Assembly: GCF_009834535.1 (NCBI RefSeq)
Contig: NC_045696.1
Coordinates: 97,342,001-97,406,000, forward strand
DNA length: 64,000 nucleotides
Source of the DNA: Camelus ferus
Taxonomy: Eukaryota
Reading direction: 5' to 3'
Under the pieces are notes generated by a model. It had not been told where the DNA came from. It was given only the letters and a program-made list of their open reading frames with translations, and searched no databases. A program made the position numbers and the translations under genes. Positions 53,127 to 64,000 of the stretch are shown here, one piece after another. Within the stretch, counting starts at the first letter, position 1. Every line of letters starts with the position of its first letter.

Positions 53127-53367
53127 GTGCTTACCAAAGGAAGAAGGGATAAATTAGGAGTTTGCAAACTCCTAATACTAACTACTCCAGATACAAACTA
53201 CAATATATAAAATACATAAACAACAAGGTCCTACTATGTATATTCCATATTTTGCAATAACCTATATTGAAAAACAATATATATATGTATAACTGAATCA
53301 CTATGCTGTACACCAGAAACTAACATACTGTAAATCAACTGTACTTCAATAAAAATTTTTAAATAAA
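53127..53367 (+). mobile_element. L1 3' UTR tip
   Basis: gggataaattaggagtttg..cagatacaaactac..tgtataactgaatcactatgctgtacaccag..cttcaataaaa. Confidence 0.9.
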
Positions 53368-53961
53368 TTTTAAATGTTATAACCTTAAGGAATTTTGATA
53401 ATTCTTTAAATATAATTCATAAATTTACATGTAAATTTACTTTTTATTTATTCTTGAATATTATACCCCCTCCAAAATAGCCACTTATTATAAAGTAATC
53501 CTTTTTGTCCTTTCCCTTCTAACAATATATACATCTTAATGGCAATAGTGCAGCCACCTCTCCCAACCTCATCCAATTTTCTGCATGAGTCCCTGTCTAT
53601 CTTACAGCAAAAAGATACAGTGAAAAGATTAAATGTTAAGCAAGTAAGTATCAAAATTCCCATTGGTAAGCCTCAATCAATTGTATAACATACTTTTTAA
53701 ATGATGAGAATGACATTTGCAAAGACAAGGGCCTTTATAATGAATTATTTCATTAAATCCCACTAACTCATGTAATAACAATTTTGATGATGATTGCTGT
53801 TGCTAAGGCTGTGGATTTAAAGACTACCATACAGACTCAAACTCTGACATGTACGGAAAGAGAAATTCCCTTGAACAATTTTTGAACTACCATCTTACAA
53901 AGTCATTTACATCAGAGGTTAAATAAAGGTGGAAAGTATGTTAAATGTATAGATTTGTTCC

Positions 53962-54220
53962 ACAGAGACAGAAAGTAAATTAGTGGTCGCCTAGGGGTGG
54001 GGGTAAGAGTAAGGGAGAGAGGAGGGACAGACAGGAATGAGGGATGACTGCTCACAGATACGGGGTTTCTTTTCTGGATGATGAAAATGTTCTAAAATTA
54101 GATTGTGGTAATGATTGCACAGATCTATAAATATACTAAAAATCACTGCTCTTTTTACTTCAAATGGGTAAATTTTATGGTTTGTGTATTATTATATCTC
54201 AACAAAACTCTTTTAAAATG
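53962..54220 (+). mobile_element. L1MB/MC-like 3' end
   Basis: agagacagaaagtaaattagtggt..gatgatgaaaatgttctaaaattagattgtggtaatg. Confidence 0.8.
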
Positions 54221-54272
54221 CATAATTTGTTGATATTAGTTTCTCAGGTAAAATACATTTAAAATATACCTC

Positions 54273-54792
54273 TGTGGAGAAAAGAGGTAACATAGCAGGC
54301 CTGAGACTGCTATCCTTAGAAAGACTGCTTGCAAGGTTGGCTCTTCACTGACATCTGAGAACTTAGATTTCAGGATCATTCCCATCATTCCCTGATAAGA
54401 AGACTAAATTCTGCAAACAATGTGGTTTATGTTGAACACCTACTTTCTTTCTGGGAGTCTGAAATTTTGGTACATGCTAGTTGGAGAGTGCCTACCTGAA
54501 TAGCCCTCAATGTAAACCCCGGACCCTGAATCTCTAATGAGTGTCCCTGGTAGACATGTCACATGTGTTGTCATAACTCACTGCTGAGAAATTAAGCATA
54601 TCCCCTGTGACTCCACTGAGAGAGGACTATTAAAAGCTTACACCTGGTTTCCTCTCGACTTTACCCCATGTACCTTTTCCTGTTGCTGATTTTGCTTTGT
54701 AGCTTTTCACTGTAATAAATCAGTGTATACTGAGTACTGTAAGTTCTCTAGTGAATCACTGAATCTTGGGGTTAGTCTTGGGGACCACATTA
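54273..54792 (+). mobile_element. MER68-like (ERVL) solo LTR
   Basis: Starts tgtggagaaaagaggtaacatagcaggcctgagactgctatccttagaaag; has an internal aataaa; ends gtcttggggacc. Confidence 0.85.
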
Positions 54793-55039
54793 GACAATTT
54801 CTGGGCAGAAGTAATACCATAAAAACATGGAAATCCTTATAAAATACAGTATAGCTGCTACTAAATTTTGCTAGGAAGAATAAATATGCAGTATATTGAC
54901 CACTGACCTGTTTGGGAAACTTAATAAATTAAGACTATGACTCTCCTTGTAAAGTTTTGGAATCCCTAGCTATTTTTGGAAGGAGAGGAAGAGAGGGTTA
55001 TAGGGAAAATAACTCTAAGGATATGAATAACAATAATCA

Positions 55040-55255
55040 TAACTATAACTGATCACTTACTAAGTGTCAGGCTTTGCTCTAAGCATGTTATTGAATTTAA
55101 CTCATCTAACTCTAACAATACCCTATAAGGTATCACTTCATAGATGGAGAAAACTTAGGCCCTTTTAAGTAACTTATCCAAGGTCAAACAATGAATAATA
55201 GCAGAGCCAGTATTTGAACCCAAGCAGGCTGCTTCTGTAGTCCACATTCTAAAGC
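55040..55255 (-). mobile_element. MIR SINE
   Basis: aagtaacttatccaaggtca..gcagagccagtatttgaacccaagcag. Confidence 0.75.
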
Positions 55256-55389
55256 CCAACTGAAAACAGCATCAATTTCCAAGGTTGATGCTCAAAAGGC
55301 AGAGTAATGGACCTATGCTTACACACGTACTGAAGGGCTTCAAGCCAACACTCATGGCACAACAGTCACTGGATTATTTACTTCTTTTG

Positions 55390-55392
<3 letters not shown>

Positions 55393-55450
<58 letters not shown>
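55393..55450. repeat. Perfect (TG)29 microsatellite
   Basis: Counted directly from the sequence. Confidence 0.97.
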
Positions 55451-55453
<3 letters not shown>

Positions 55454-57499
55454 TTAATAATTGTAGTGGGTTTTGGTTATACTTTTTGCTTTTATTGTCT
55501 TTTTTAAAATAACACATTCAGGAGTTCTTATAATCTCTATTTGTAAAATTAATTTTTGTTCATTGTAGAAAATGTGAGAGAAATTAAAATCACTCATAAT
55601 CGTCAAATAAAAGAATAACCAATATCCCTATTTTGATATATATATATCCTCCCATTCTTTTAGTTATATGTACATTCAATTATTTATTTAGTAAAACTGA
55701 GAATGTACTATACACGCTGTTTTGTTAACTATTCTTTTCACTTATTGCATTGTGAATATTTTCCTGATTCATTAACTATACTTGAAAAAAATCAAAAATT
55801 TCAAACCCTGTACCTTAACCTCCCCTCAAGAACCATTACAGACAGTAGTCCATGAGACTCTCTCGGGCTTCCATCCCTTTCAAACAGTATTTTTTAACTC
55901 TATTTAAAACACTGGGTTCCCATTTATGACTCTGTTAATACAAAATGAAAACTACTGGTCTAAAACATGATGTATAATGACCACATGATATTCCATATAA
56001 ATGTTCTATAATGGATTTAACGGAATCCCTATTGTTGGAGATTGAATCTCCTTCTATTTTTTCTACTGTTATAAATTCTGCAATAAATACTCTTATAGTT
56101 AAACCTTACAGGTACATCCTTAATTTTTTTTTAGATTAAAGTCATAGAATTGAGTGGTAGTATCGTAACTGTGGTAAGAAATACGAGATCTAGTATTAGG
56201 CAGAACTATGTCTATATCTTGGCACTGCCACATGCTAACAGTGTGATTTTGAGGCAAAATGATTAAACTGCTTCAACTGCAAAAGGAGATTATTTAGGAT
56301 TTAAAAGATAAGTCTGTGGAATAAATTTAAAAATGCATGTAAGGGCTTAAAGCACCACTGGAATATAGGAGGAAAATAGTTTGGATGGTGATGTCAATAG
56401 ATGAGACAGAAAATATAGGAGAACCACAGTTAGTGGAAGTGAGAACAATTTGGGAATTTCTTCACTTGATGTTTGTAAAACATTCCAGTGGACATGTAAA
56501 TAGTGATAAATAGAGGTCAGGAGCTCTGCCCAGGATATAGGGAGATTTAGGAATTATCAACAGAAGATGTAACTAAAGTGATCTTAATATAAAAGTAAAA
56601 ATTAAAAAGAGAAGAGGACTAAAGAAAACTCTGAAGAGTATCTAAATTTAAGACTAGAAAGAGAAAGCAGAGAAAAGAAAGACAAAGACTAATTTCATAA
56701 AAGTCAAGAAAGAAAAGAACTTTGAAATGAATGTGGGGGAAGGAAGGCAGTTAGTCAACAGAAGCAAATGTTGGAGAAGAGGCAAAAGGGCCTACAATTT
56801 TCACATTTCAGAGTCTGTCCAAACTAAACAGTTTTATTTTCCAGTAGCCCAGCAGGTGCCCTTGCTCTCGCTCTGATCAACTCACTGTTTCCAAGAATGC
56901 ATCCTATTGTTGCCAGCTCTAACCTTCATTCATGTGTTATCCAGAAACTACTCCACCTTCAAAGGAAAATTTAGGTGGATACTATGAATCCTATAAAATT
57001 ATATGCAAAATTTTATGTATGTATAGATATATGCAGTTTCTGTGAAAAACGTCTATGGCTGTTAATACATTCTCCAAAAAAATACAATAGGGGTTTTTTG
57101 TTGTTAAATCTTCCCTTCTCCAAGAAGTCTTCTGGAAAGAAAGGTTAACAAGCTTAAATCCTTTGATACTTTCTTCTAGCACTTACACTACTGGGTTGAG
57201 ATAAATATAGACTGTCAACTGTACTGCTAGACAACATTATTTATTATAAAAATGACTTCCTAATTGGTGGAAAACATTAAAACTGGAAAACATTGTGTAG
57301 GTTAACTGTAAAAATCCTTGAGAACTACCAAGCAGGTTTCTAGAGATGCCTCCATTACCACCATCTCTGATCATACTTATTTGTGCCTACTATTTGACAG
57401 AATTCCACTACTAATTATAAACAAGTATTTTATCCGAAATTAGCCTCCTGACTCTGTCTAAAAGGTTTTTCAACTGGCAAATTCTCATTCTATTTTCTG

Positions 57500-58135
57500 T
57501 TCAGCCTGTACCACCTGAGATGTATTCCTGCCAAAATTGTTTTCACCAAATTCTAACAAGCCTTAGCTCTAATTTCAAGTTTATAAGAAATACTAGAACT
57601 AAGTAAGTAAGATAAGGTGGTGTGTTACTTGAGGGCATTGCACGAATTTCAATAAAATTAAATAGGATAAACAAAACAGTGCAGGGGAATGGAATGGGAG
57701 AACAGCAAGAGACTGTTGTACATTAAAAGAGATAAGAAACATTAAATCCAAATACAAAACACAAGGCTCAAGCAAACCAATAATAAAAATATAACTGACA
57801 AACAAGAGTGACAATGTGACCATTCAGGCTAGATATCAGATGCATTTTTTAAAATGTTAATTTTCTTAGGCATGACAACAGTATTGTGGTCATATGAGAA
57901 ATTCCTTATTTCTGGAGATGCCTACTGAAATGCTTAGGAATGAAATGTCACGATACCTGTAATTTACTTTAAAATTCTCCAGCCAAAAATAAATAAATAA
58001 ATAAATAAACCAAAAGACTAATAAATGTTAAATCTAGGAGAAGATTATTCTGAGGTTCATTACCCTATTTCTCCACTTTTCTATAATAAAAATATAATTT
58101 GATAATTTGATAATTTGTATACTAAAAAGTTTTAA
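57500..58135 (+). mobile_element. L1MC-like 3' UTR fragment
   Basis: aaaatgttaattttcttagg..gtattgtggt..gatacctgtaatttactttaaa; same class as about 3450-4085. Confidence 0.65.
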
Positions 58136-58194
58136 CAGTGAATAAACAATTGTTTTAACTCTTCAGTGATCTTCTAGAAGGACTTCAGCTTCAT

Positions 58195-61100
58195 TTTTTT
58201 CATTGTGGTATAATACACAACATAAAATTCACCATTTTAAACATTTTTAAGTGTAAAGTTTAGCAACATTAATTATACTCACATTGTTGTGCACAACCAT
58301 CACCACCATCTACCTCCACAACTTTTTCATCTTCCCAAACTGAAACTCTGTACTCATTAAATACTAATATCCCATTCCTCCTGCCCCTAGCCCCAAGAAA
58401 CCACTATTCTACTTTCTGTCTCTATAAATTTGACTACTTGAGTATCTGATATAAGTGGAATCATTTTTTGTCCATTTATGCTGAGCTTATTTCACTTAGC
58501 ATGTCTTCAAGATTCATCCACATTGTAGCATATGTCAGAATTTTCTTCTTTTTTAAGGCTATATAATATCCCATTATTTGTTTTTACCATATTTGGCTTA
58601 TCCATTTATCCATTAATGGATGCTTTGATTGCTTCTACCTTTTGGCTACTGTGAACAATGCTGCTTTGAACATGGGTGTACAAATATCTATTTGAGTACC
58701 TGCTTTCACTTCTTTGGAGTATATACCCAGAAGTGGAATTGCTGGATCATATGGTAATTCTATGTTTAATTTTTTTTGAGGATTCACCATACCATTATCC
58801 ACAACAGATGCACCATTTTACATTCCCAGCAGCAACACACAAGTGTTCCAATTTTTTCACATCCTTGCCAATATTTCTTTTTTTCTGTTTGTTTGATAAT
58901 AGTCATCCTAATAGGTATAAAGTGACAGCTCGTTGTGGTTTTGATTTGCATTTTTCTAATAATTCATGGTGTTGATCATCTTTTCATATGCTTATTAACT
59001 TTTGTATATCTTCACTGGAGAAATGATTATTCAAGTCCTTTCCTCATTTCAATCAGGTGGTGGTAGTCATTGAGTTGTAAAAGTTCTTTATATATTCTGC
59101 ACATATTTCCCTTATCAGATACATTATTGAAAAACATTTTCTCAAATTCCATGAGTTGTCTTTTCACTCTGTATAGTGTCCCTTGATACACAAGTTTTTA
59201 ATTTTGATGAAGTCCAACTCATCTTTTCTTTTCTTTTGTTCCCTGTGTTTGTAATGTCATATCTAAGATATTACTGCCACATCCAATGTCATGAAACTTC
59301 CCCCTCTATGTTTTTGTCTAAAAGTTTTGTATGTTAGCTCTTATGTTTAGGTCTTTCAACCTTTTTAAGTTAGTTTTGTATAGGGTTATAAGATGTGTCC
59401 AACTTTATTCTTTGTATGTGGATATCCAGTTTTCCCAATACTATTTGTTGAAAAGATTGTCCCTTCCCATTGAATGATCCTGGCACTCTGGTCAAAAATC
59501 ATTAGAGCATATACATGAGGATTTTTCTCTAAGGTCTCTATGATATTTCATTGGCCCTTACTGTATCTTTCTTTATGCCAGAACCATACTGGTTTTGGGG
59601 GGTTTTTTAATGGAGGTACTGGGGAATTGAACCCAGGACTTTGTGCATGCTAAGCATGTGCTCTACCACTGAGCTATACCCACAACCCCAGCACCATACT
59701 GTTTTGATTACTATAATGTTATAGTAAGTTTTGAAATCAGCAAATATAAGACCTCTGACTTTGTTCTTTATCAATATTTCTTTGACTATTCAGAGACTCT
59801 TGAGATTCCATATAAATTTTAGGATGGATTTTCCTATTTCCACAAAAATTTTCATTGGGATTTTGATACAGATAGCACTGAATCTATACATTGCTTTGGA
59901 CAGTACTGACACCTTAACAATATTAAGCCTATCAATCCATGAACATGGGATGTTTATCCATTTATTTGTGTCTTCTTTAATTTCTTTTGGCAACATTTTG
60001 TAGTTTTCAGTGTACAAGTCTTTTGCCATTTCAGTAAGTTTATTCCTAAGCATTTTATTCTTTTTGATACTATTGTAAATGGAACTGTTTTATTACTTTC
60101 CTTTTGGGATTGTTCACTGCGGCATATAGGAATGCAACTATTTTTGCACAGTGGATTGTATGTGCTTCAACTTTGCTGAATTCATTTATTAGTTCTAGTA
60201 AGTTTCTTGTGGAATTCTTATTTTATGCATGTAAGAACATGTCTTCAAACAGATAATTTTACTTTTTCTTTTCCAATTTGGATGCCTTTTATTTCTTTTT
60301 TCTTGCCTAATTTCTCTGGCTAGGACTTCCAACACTAAGCTGAATAGAAGTGGTGAAAGCGGGTATCCTTTTCTTTGTTCTGATCTTAAAGGGAAAGTTA
60401 TGTCTTTTATCACTGAGTATAATGTTAAGTGTGGGTGATTCATATATGGCCTTTATTATATTGAAGAAATTGCTTCTATAGTTTATTCAGTGTTTTCTAT
60501 CATGAAAGGGTGTTGGATTTTGTCAAATGCTTTTTCCTGCATTAAATGAAATGGCCATGTGTTTTTTTCTCTTTGTGCTGTTAATGTAGTGTGTCATACT
60601 GATTTCTTTTTATACATTGAACCATCTTTGCATTCTAGGAACTAGTTCCACTTGGCATGGTGTAGTTAAATTTGGTTTGCTTGTACTTTGTTGAGGATTT
60701 CTGCATCAATATTCAAAAGAAATGGTGATCAGCAGTTTTTGTTTTTATTGTAGTGTGTTTGTCTGGCTTTGATATCAGGGTAAAGGTGACCTTACAGAAA
60801 TAGTTAGTAATTGTTCCCTCCTCTTCAACTTTTTGGAAGATTTCAGAAGGACTGGTATTAATTCTTCTTTAAATACTTGGTACACTTGGCCAATAAAGCA
60901 ATCTACTCATCAGCTTTTCTTTCTTAGAAGGTTTTTGATTATCAATTGAATCTCTTTCTAGTCATAGGTCTATTGAAATTTTCTATTTCTTCATGATCAA
61001 TCTTGGTAGATTATGTGCTTCTTGGCACTTGTCCAGTACATCTAGATTATCCATTTTTTTTTTACTCTATCATTGTTCGTAGTATTCTTTTATCATCCTC

Positions 61101-61250
61101 TTTATTTCTGTAACATCAGTAGTAATGTTCCCTCTTTCATGACCAGTTTTAGCTGAGTCTTCTTTCTTTTTCCTTAGTAAATATAGCTAAAGGTTTACTA
61201 ATTTTGATCTTTTCAAAGAACCAATTCTTGATTTTGTTAATTTTCTCTTA
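58195..61250 (-). mobile_element. About 3-kb L1MB-like element, sense to RNF13
   Basis: Minus-strand ORFs [30 protein letters not shown] and [21 protein letters not shown] are L1 reverse-transcriptase motifs. Confidence 0.92.
59598..59687 (-). mobile_element. tRNA-derived SINE (Vic-1-like) inserted in the L1
   Basis: A/B boxes on the minus strand. TSD ccagaaccatactggttttg (59578-59597) / ccagcaccatactgttttg (59688-59706). Confidence 0.9.
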
Positions 61251-61932
61251 GTGTTGTTTTTAAGGATTTGAGCACCATGGCTAGCACATGTGATTATCTG
61301 TATGTCTTAAGAGCACAGATGTCAGTTAGTCATCCAATGCAGCTCTGGTAATTGTAAAATTTTAAAATTTCCCCAAGCAGCACAGTAAATCCTAACCTCA
61401 CATTTAAATCTGTGACACTATCATGCAACTCATCTATACAAAATTATATTCTAAACTTCATTTTATAGATGGGGATGCATTTAGTAAGTGTTTAAGACCA
61501 ATATTACTTTCAAGAAATTCCTTTCCAAATAACTTTCAATTCTAAAGATGACTCACATTTTGACATCAACTAGTTCAGTGCCAAATAACACTCATAAAAC
61601 AGCTAACAATCTCCGTAAGAAAAGCTCTCAGTAAGCTCATATTCCATTGGTTCTCCAGCTAGATTCTTGTGTATCACTGGATGTATCACTGGGATTTCAA
61701 AAGCTTGACCAAAATACTCCACTGCTAAAATAATGGTTATCTTTTCCTAATTTGAAAAAAGATTTAATAGATAGTAATTTCAATTTATTTTTCTCCATAA
61801 ATGTATCTTATACTACTAAACACATCGAAAGAATATATGCTATGGCAAGCACTAACAGAAAATATGCCTAAACAGCTAGTTAACTATTTTAGTGTAAAAT
61901 TTATAATAGCCAAATACATTTCACTAAATAGG

Positions 61933-62520
61933 TTGATCCAGCTATTCTATTTCTGGGTATTTATCCAAAGAATATGAAACACTAATTCAGAAAGATATAT
62001 CCATCTCTGTTTACTGCAGCATTATTCACAATAGCCAAGATACGAAACAACCTAAGTGCCTTTCAACTGATGAACAAATTAAAAAAGATGTGGTAAATAT
62101 ATAGAATACTGCTCAACTATAAAGAAAAAAAAAAAGATGAAATCTTGCTATTTACGACAACATGGACAGATCTAGAGGGTATTAATGCTGAGTGAAATAA
62201 GTCAGATGGAGAAAGACAAATACCATATGATTTCATTCATATGCAGATTATAAAAAAACAAATGAAATAAATAAATAAATAAATGAGAAACCAAACCAAA
62301 CAAAAACAAACACACAGCTGCAGAGAACAGATGAGTGGTTACCAGACGGGAAAGGGGTTGGGAAAGGTAAAATGGGTAAAGGAGTCAAATATATAGTGAC
62401 AGATGGAAACCAAACTTTTGGTGGTAAGCATGCTATAGTGCATACAGAGATCAAAATATCATGTTGTACACATGAAACTTATATAATGTTATAAACCAAT
62501 GTTAGCTCAATTAAAAAATA
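61933..62520 (+). mobile_element. L1 3' end of a different (L1MA-like) type
   Basis: ORF2 end and 3' UTR gtgacagatggaaaccaaacttttggtgg..ttgtacacatgaaacttatataatg plus A-tail. Confidence 0.85.
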
Positions 62521-62659
62521 TATGTATCAATATAACCAAGAATATTTCTTCCGTTAAGTGACAAAAATCATGTCCTATTCTTCTCCAAAACATAGCCTCC
62601 CTTTTCCTTATGCAGATATAGGCAATGAGTTGTCCTTTTTGATACTAAACATTATTGAG

Positions 62660-63135
62660 CAATATGCATTAAAGTAAAATTAATAAATTTTGGCATGTAC
62701 ATATAATGTAATTCTCTACAACAATGAAAACAAGTGACAGCTATATGACCAACACAGATGAGTTTCACAAGAATAACCCTAAGCAAAAAAAGCAAGTCAC
62801 AAAGAATGCAAAAACTATGATCTCACTCATATGAAGTCCTTTAAAAGGCAAAATGGACGATATTACTTAGAAATTCACAGTTAAGAGGTAAAAATATCAA
62901 GAAAATGAGGACATTATCATTATAAAAATCTAGATAATGGTCACCTCAAGGGTAAGAAAAGGGAGTGTGATCAGGGAAAAGGTGCTTCTGGGATGCCAGC
63001 AACATTCCATATCTTGACCTGGGTTGTGGTAAGATAGGGAATTTCGATTATAATTGCTTTTAAGCCATATACAAATGTTTTACGCACTTTCCTGTATCAG
63101 TGATATCTAACCATTTTTAAAAGGAAAAAAAATAA
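62660..63135 (+). mobile_element. L1ME-like 3' fragment
   Basis: aagcaagtcacaaagaat..gtgcttctgggatg..atatcttgacctggg. Confidence 0.65.
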
Positions 63136-64000
63136 AGCAGTCTGCCATTCAAAACAAGATTTTTTTGTTTTGTTCTTCTGACTACATGGAAATATTATGA
63201 AACCTAGCAATCAGCAGCCTACTGAGCTCTCACACACACTAAGCGAGCCAACAAATAAGCCAACTATTAAAACTAGACTCATGTCCAATCCAAAGTTATA
63301 TCTTCTCTTCAGTGGACATGGGATCTAGTCATCTGTATTACTCATATTATTAATATGTACTCTAATGATTCTTACCACCAGAGAAGTTTAGAAAATATGC
63401 TTTAGTCTAGTAAAAGCACCTATCACCCAGGAGCCTGTGATAAAAATAAATGTTCTCAGGCCCCTACCCTGGAGATTCAGATAGAAAGTATATAATTTTA
63501 TTTTTAAAAAATGTCCCCTCGTGAATCCATATGATCAAGACAAATTTAGAAAACAGTTCTCAAGCACAGATTGCCAAATGGCATACAAAGTCATTATTCA
63601 TAAACTTCTTGCAAGTCAATGAGGGATGGGGTAGAGGGTCAAAAATTAGAAAAAGGTTAAAAAAAAAAAAAGATAGAGAAATAGGAATGCTAATAAAAAT
63701 ACACTTCATAGTTCTCTCAACTACCACTGTTGTCACCAATGCCATAGGTGCCAACTCCAGCAATAAGCTATGCAGCAAACAAGAAAAAGGCAATTGACAA
63801 TTGGTTTCATAGATATAAGAATCTTAAACATCATTTAGGAAAATACGCCAGAAAATTCTGGTTTTCTAGGTTAGTCAAAAATATGCCCAGTATACTTCAA
63901 AGTATCAATCTCCTGAACCAGAAGAGTTTTTGTTTTGTTTTGTTCTTATGATACTTCACACAATTATCAGCACCATCACTGTAGACAAATCAATAGAGAA

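Larger units (their letters stand above)
1..64000 (-). other. RNF13: RNF13 gene body (partial): intron 1 to intron 6; exon 1 and exons 7 onward are outside the window
   Basis: Five minus-strand exons splice in frame to MLLSIGMLMLSATQVYTILTVQLFAFLNLLPVEADILA-YNFENASQTFDDLPARFGYRLPTEGLK-GFLINSKPENACEPIVPPPVKDNSSGTFIVLIRRLDCNFDIK-VLNAQRAGYKAAIVHNVDSDDLISMGSND-IEVLKKIDIPSVFIGESSANSLKDEFTYEKG, recognised as the RNF13 N-terminus. There is no CpG island or stop codon for it in the window. Exon numbering assumes one upstream non-coding exon, as recalled for human. Confidence 0.97.

Noticed and set aside
598..63951. The ORFs in the supplied track as genes
   Set aside because: All are short. The recognisable ones are L1 ORF2 remnants or their antisense frames, a decayed transposase, or microsatellite read-through. 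None corresponds to the real exons.
52666..64000. RNF13 promoter or first exon
   Set aside because: There is no CpG island or GC-rich segment. The region is repeat-filled and the first coding exon has a splice acceptor, so the promoter is probably outside the window.

Overview
This is mammalian genomic DNA: AT-rich, CpG-depleted and dense in repeats. A tRNA-derived SINE resembling camelid Vic-1, plus the L1 3' ends, suggest a camelid (alpaca, llama or camel); that assignment is an inference. The whole window lies inside one minus-strand gene, RNF13, the PA-TM-RING E3 ubiquitin ligase. Five exons were read by hand, all with GT-AG splice sites: 52665-52536, 46912-46832, 33344-33219, 14699-14612 and 5941-5851. 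They give 500 nt of CDS (codons 1-167), covering the signal peptide and luminal PA domain. The non-coding first exon and promoter lie beyond the right edge, and the TM/RING exons lie beyond the left edge. The supplied ORF track misses every real exon; its ORFs are L1 or transposase remnants, microsatellite read-through, or chance. The introns hold L1s of several ages, L2, MIR, Vic-1-like SINEs, ERVL/MaLR-type LTRs and DNA transposons. I found no evidence for a novel gene system. The most interesting observations concern retrotransposon biology: (1) two L1 copies share a chimeric 3' end resembling ancient L1M; (2) a SINE carries an apparent 3' transduction inside a three-level nest; (3) perfect fold-back palindromes occur inside L1 insertions; (4) a Kanga/Tc2 transposon sits inside a 24-bp direct repeat and carries a CTCF-like motif. 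Repeat family names come from remembered consensus sequences, repeat boundaries are approximate, and both need RepeatMasker/Dfam confirmation.
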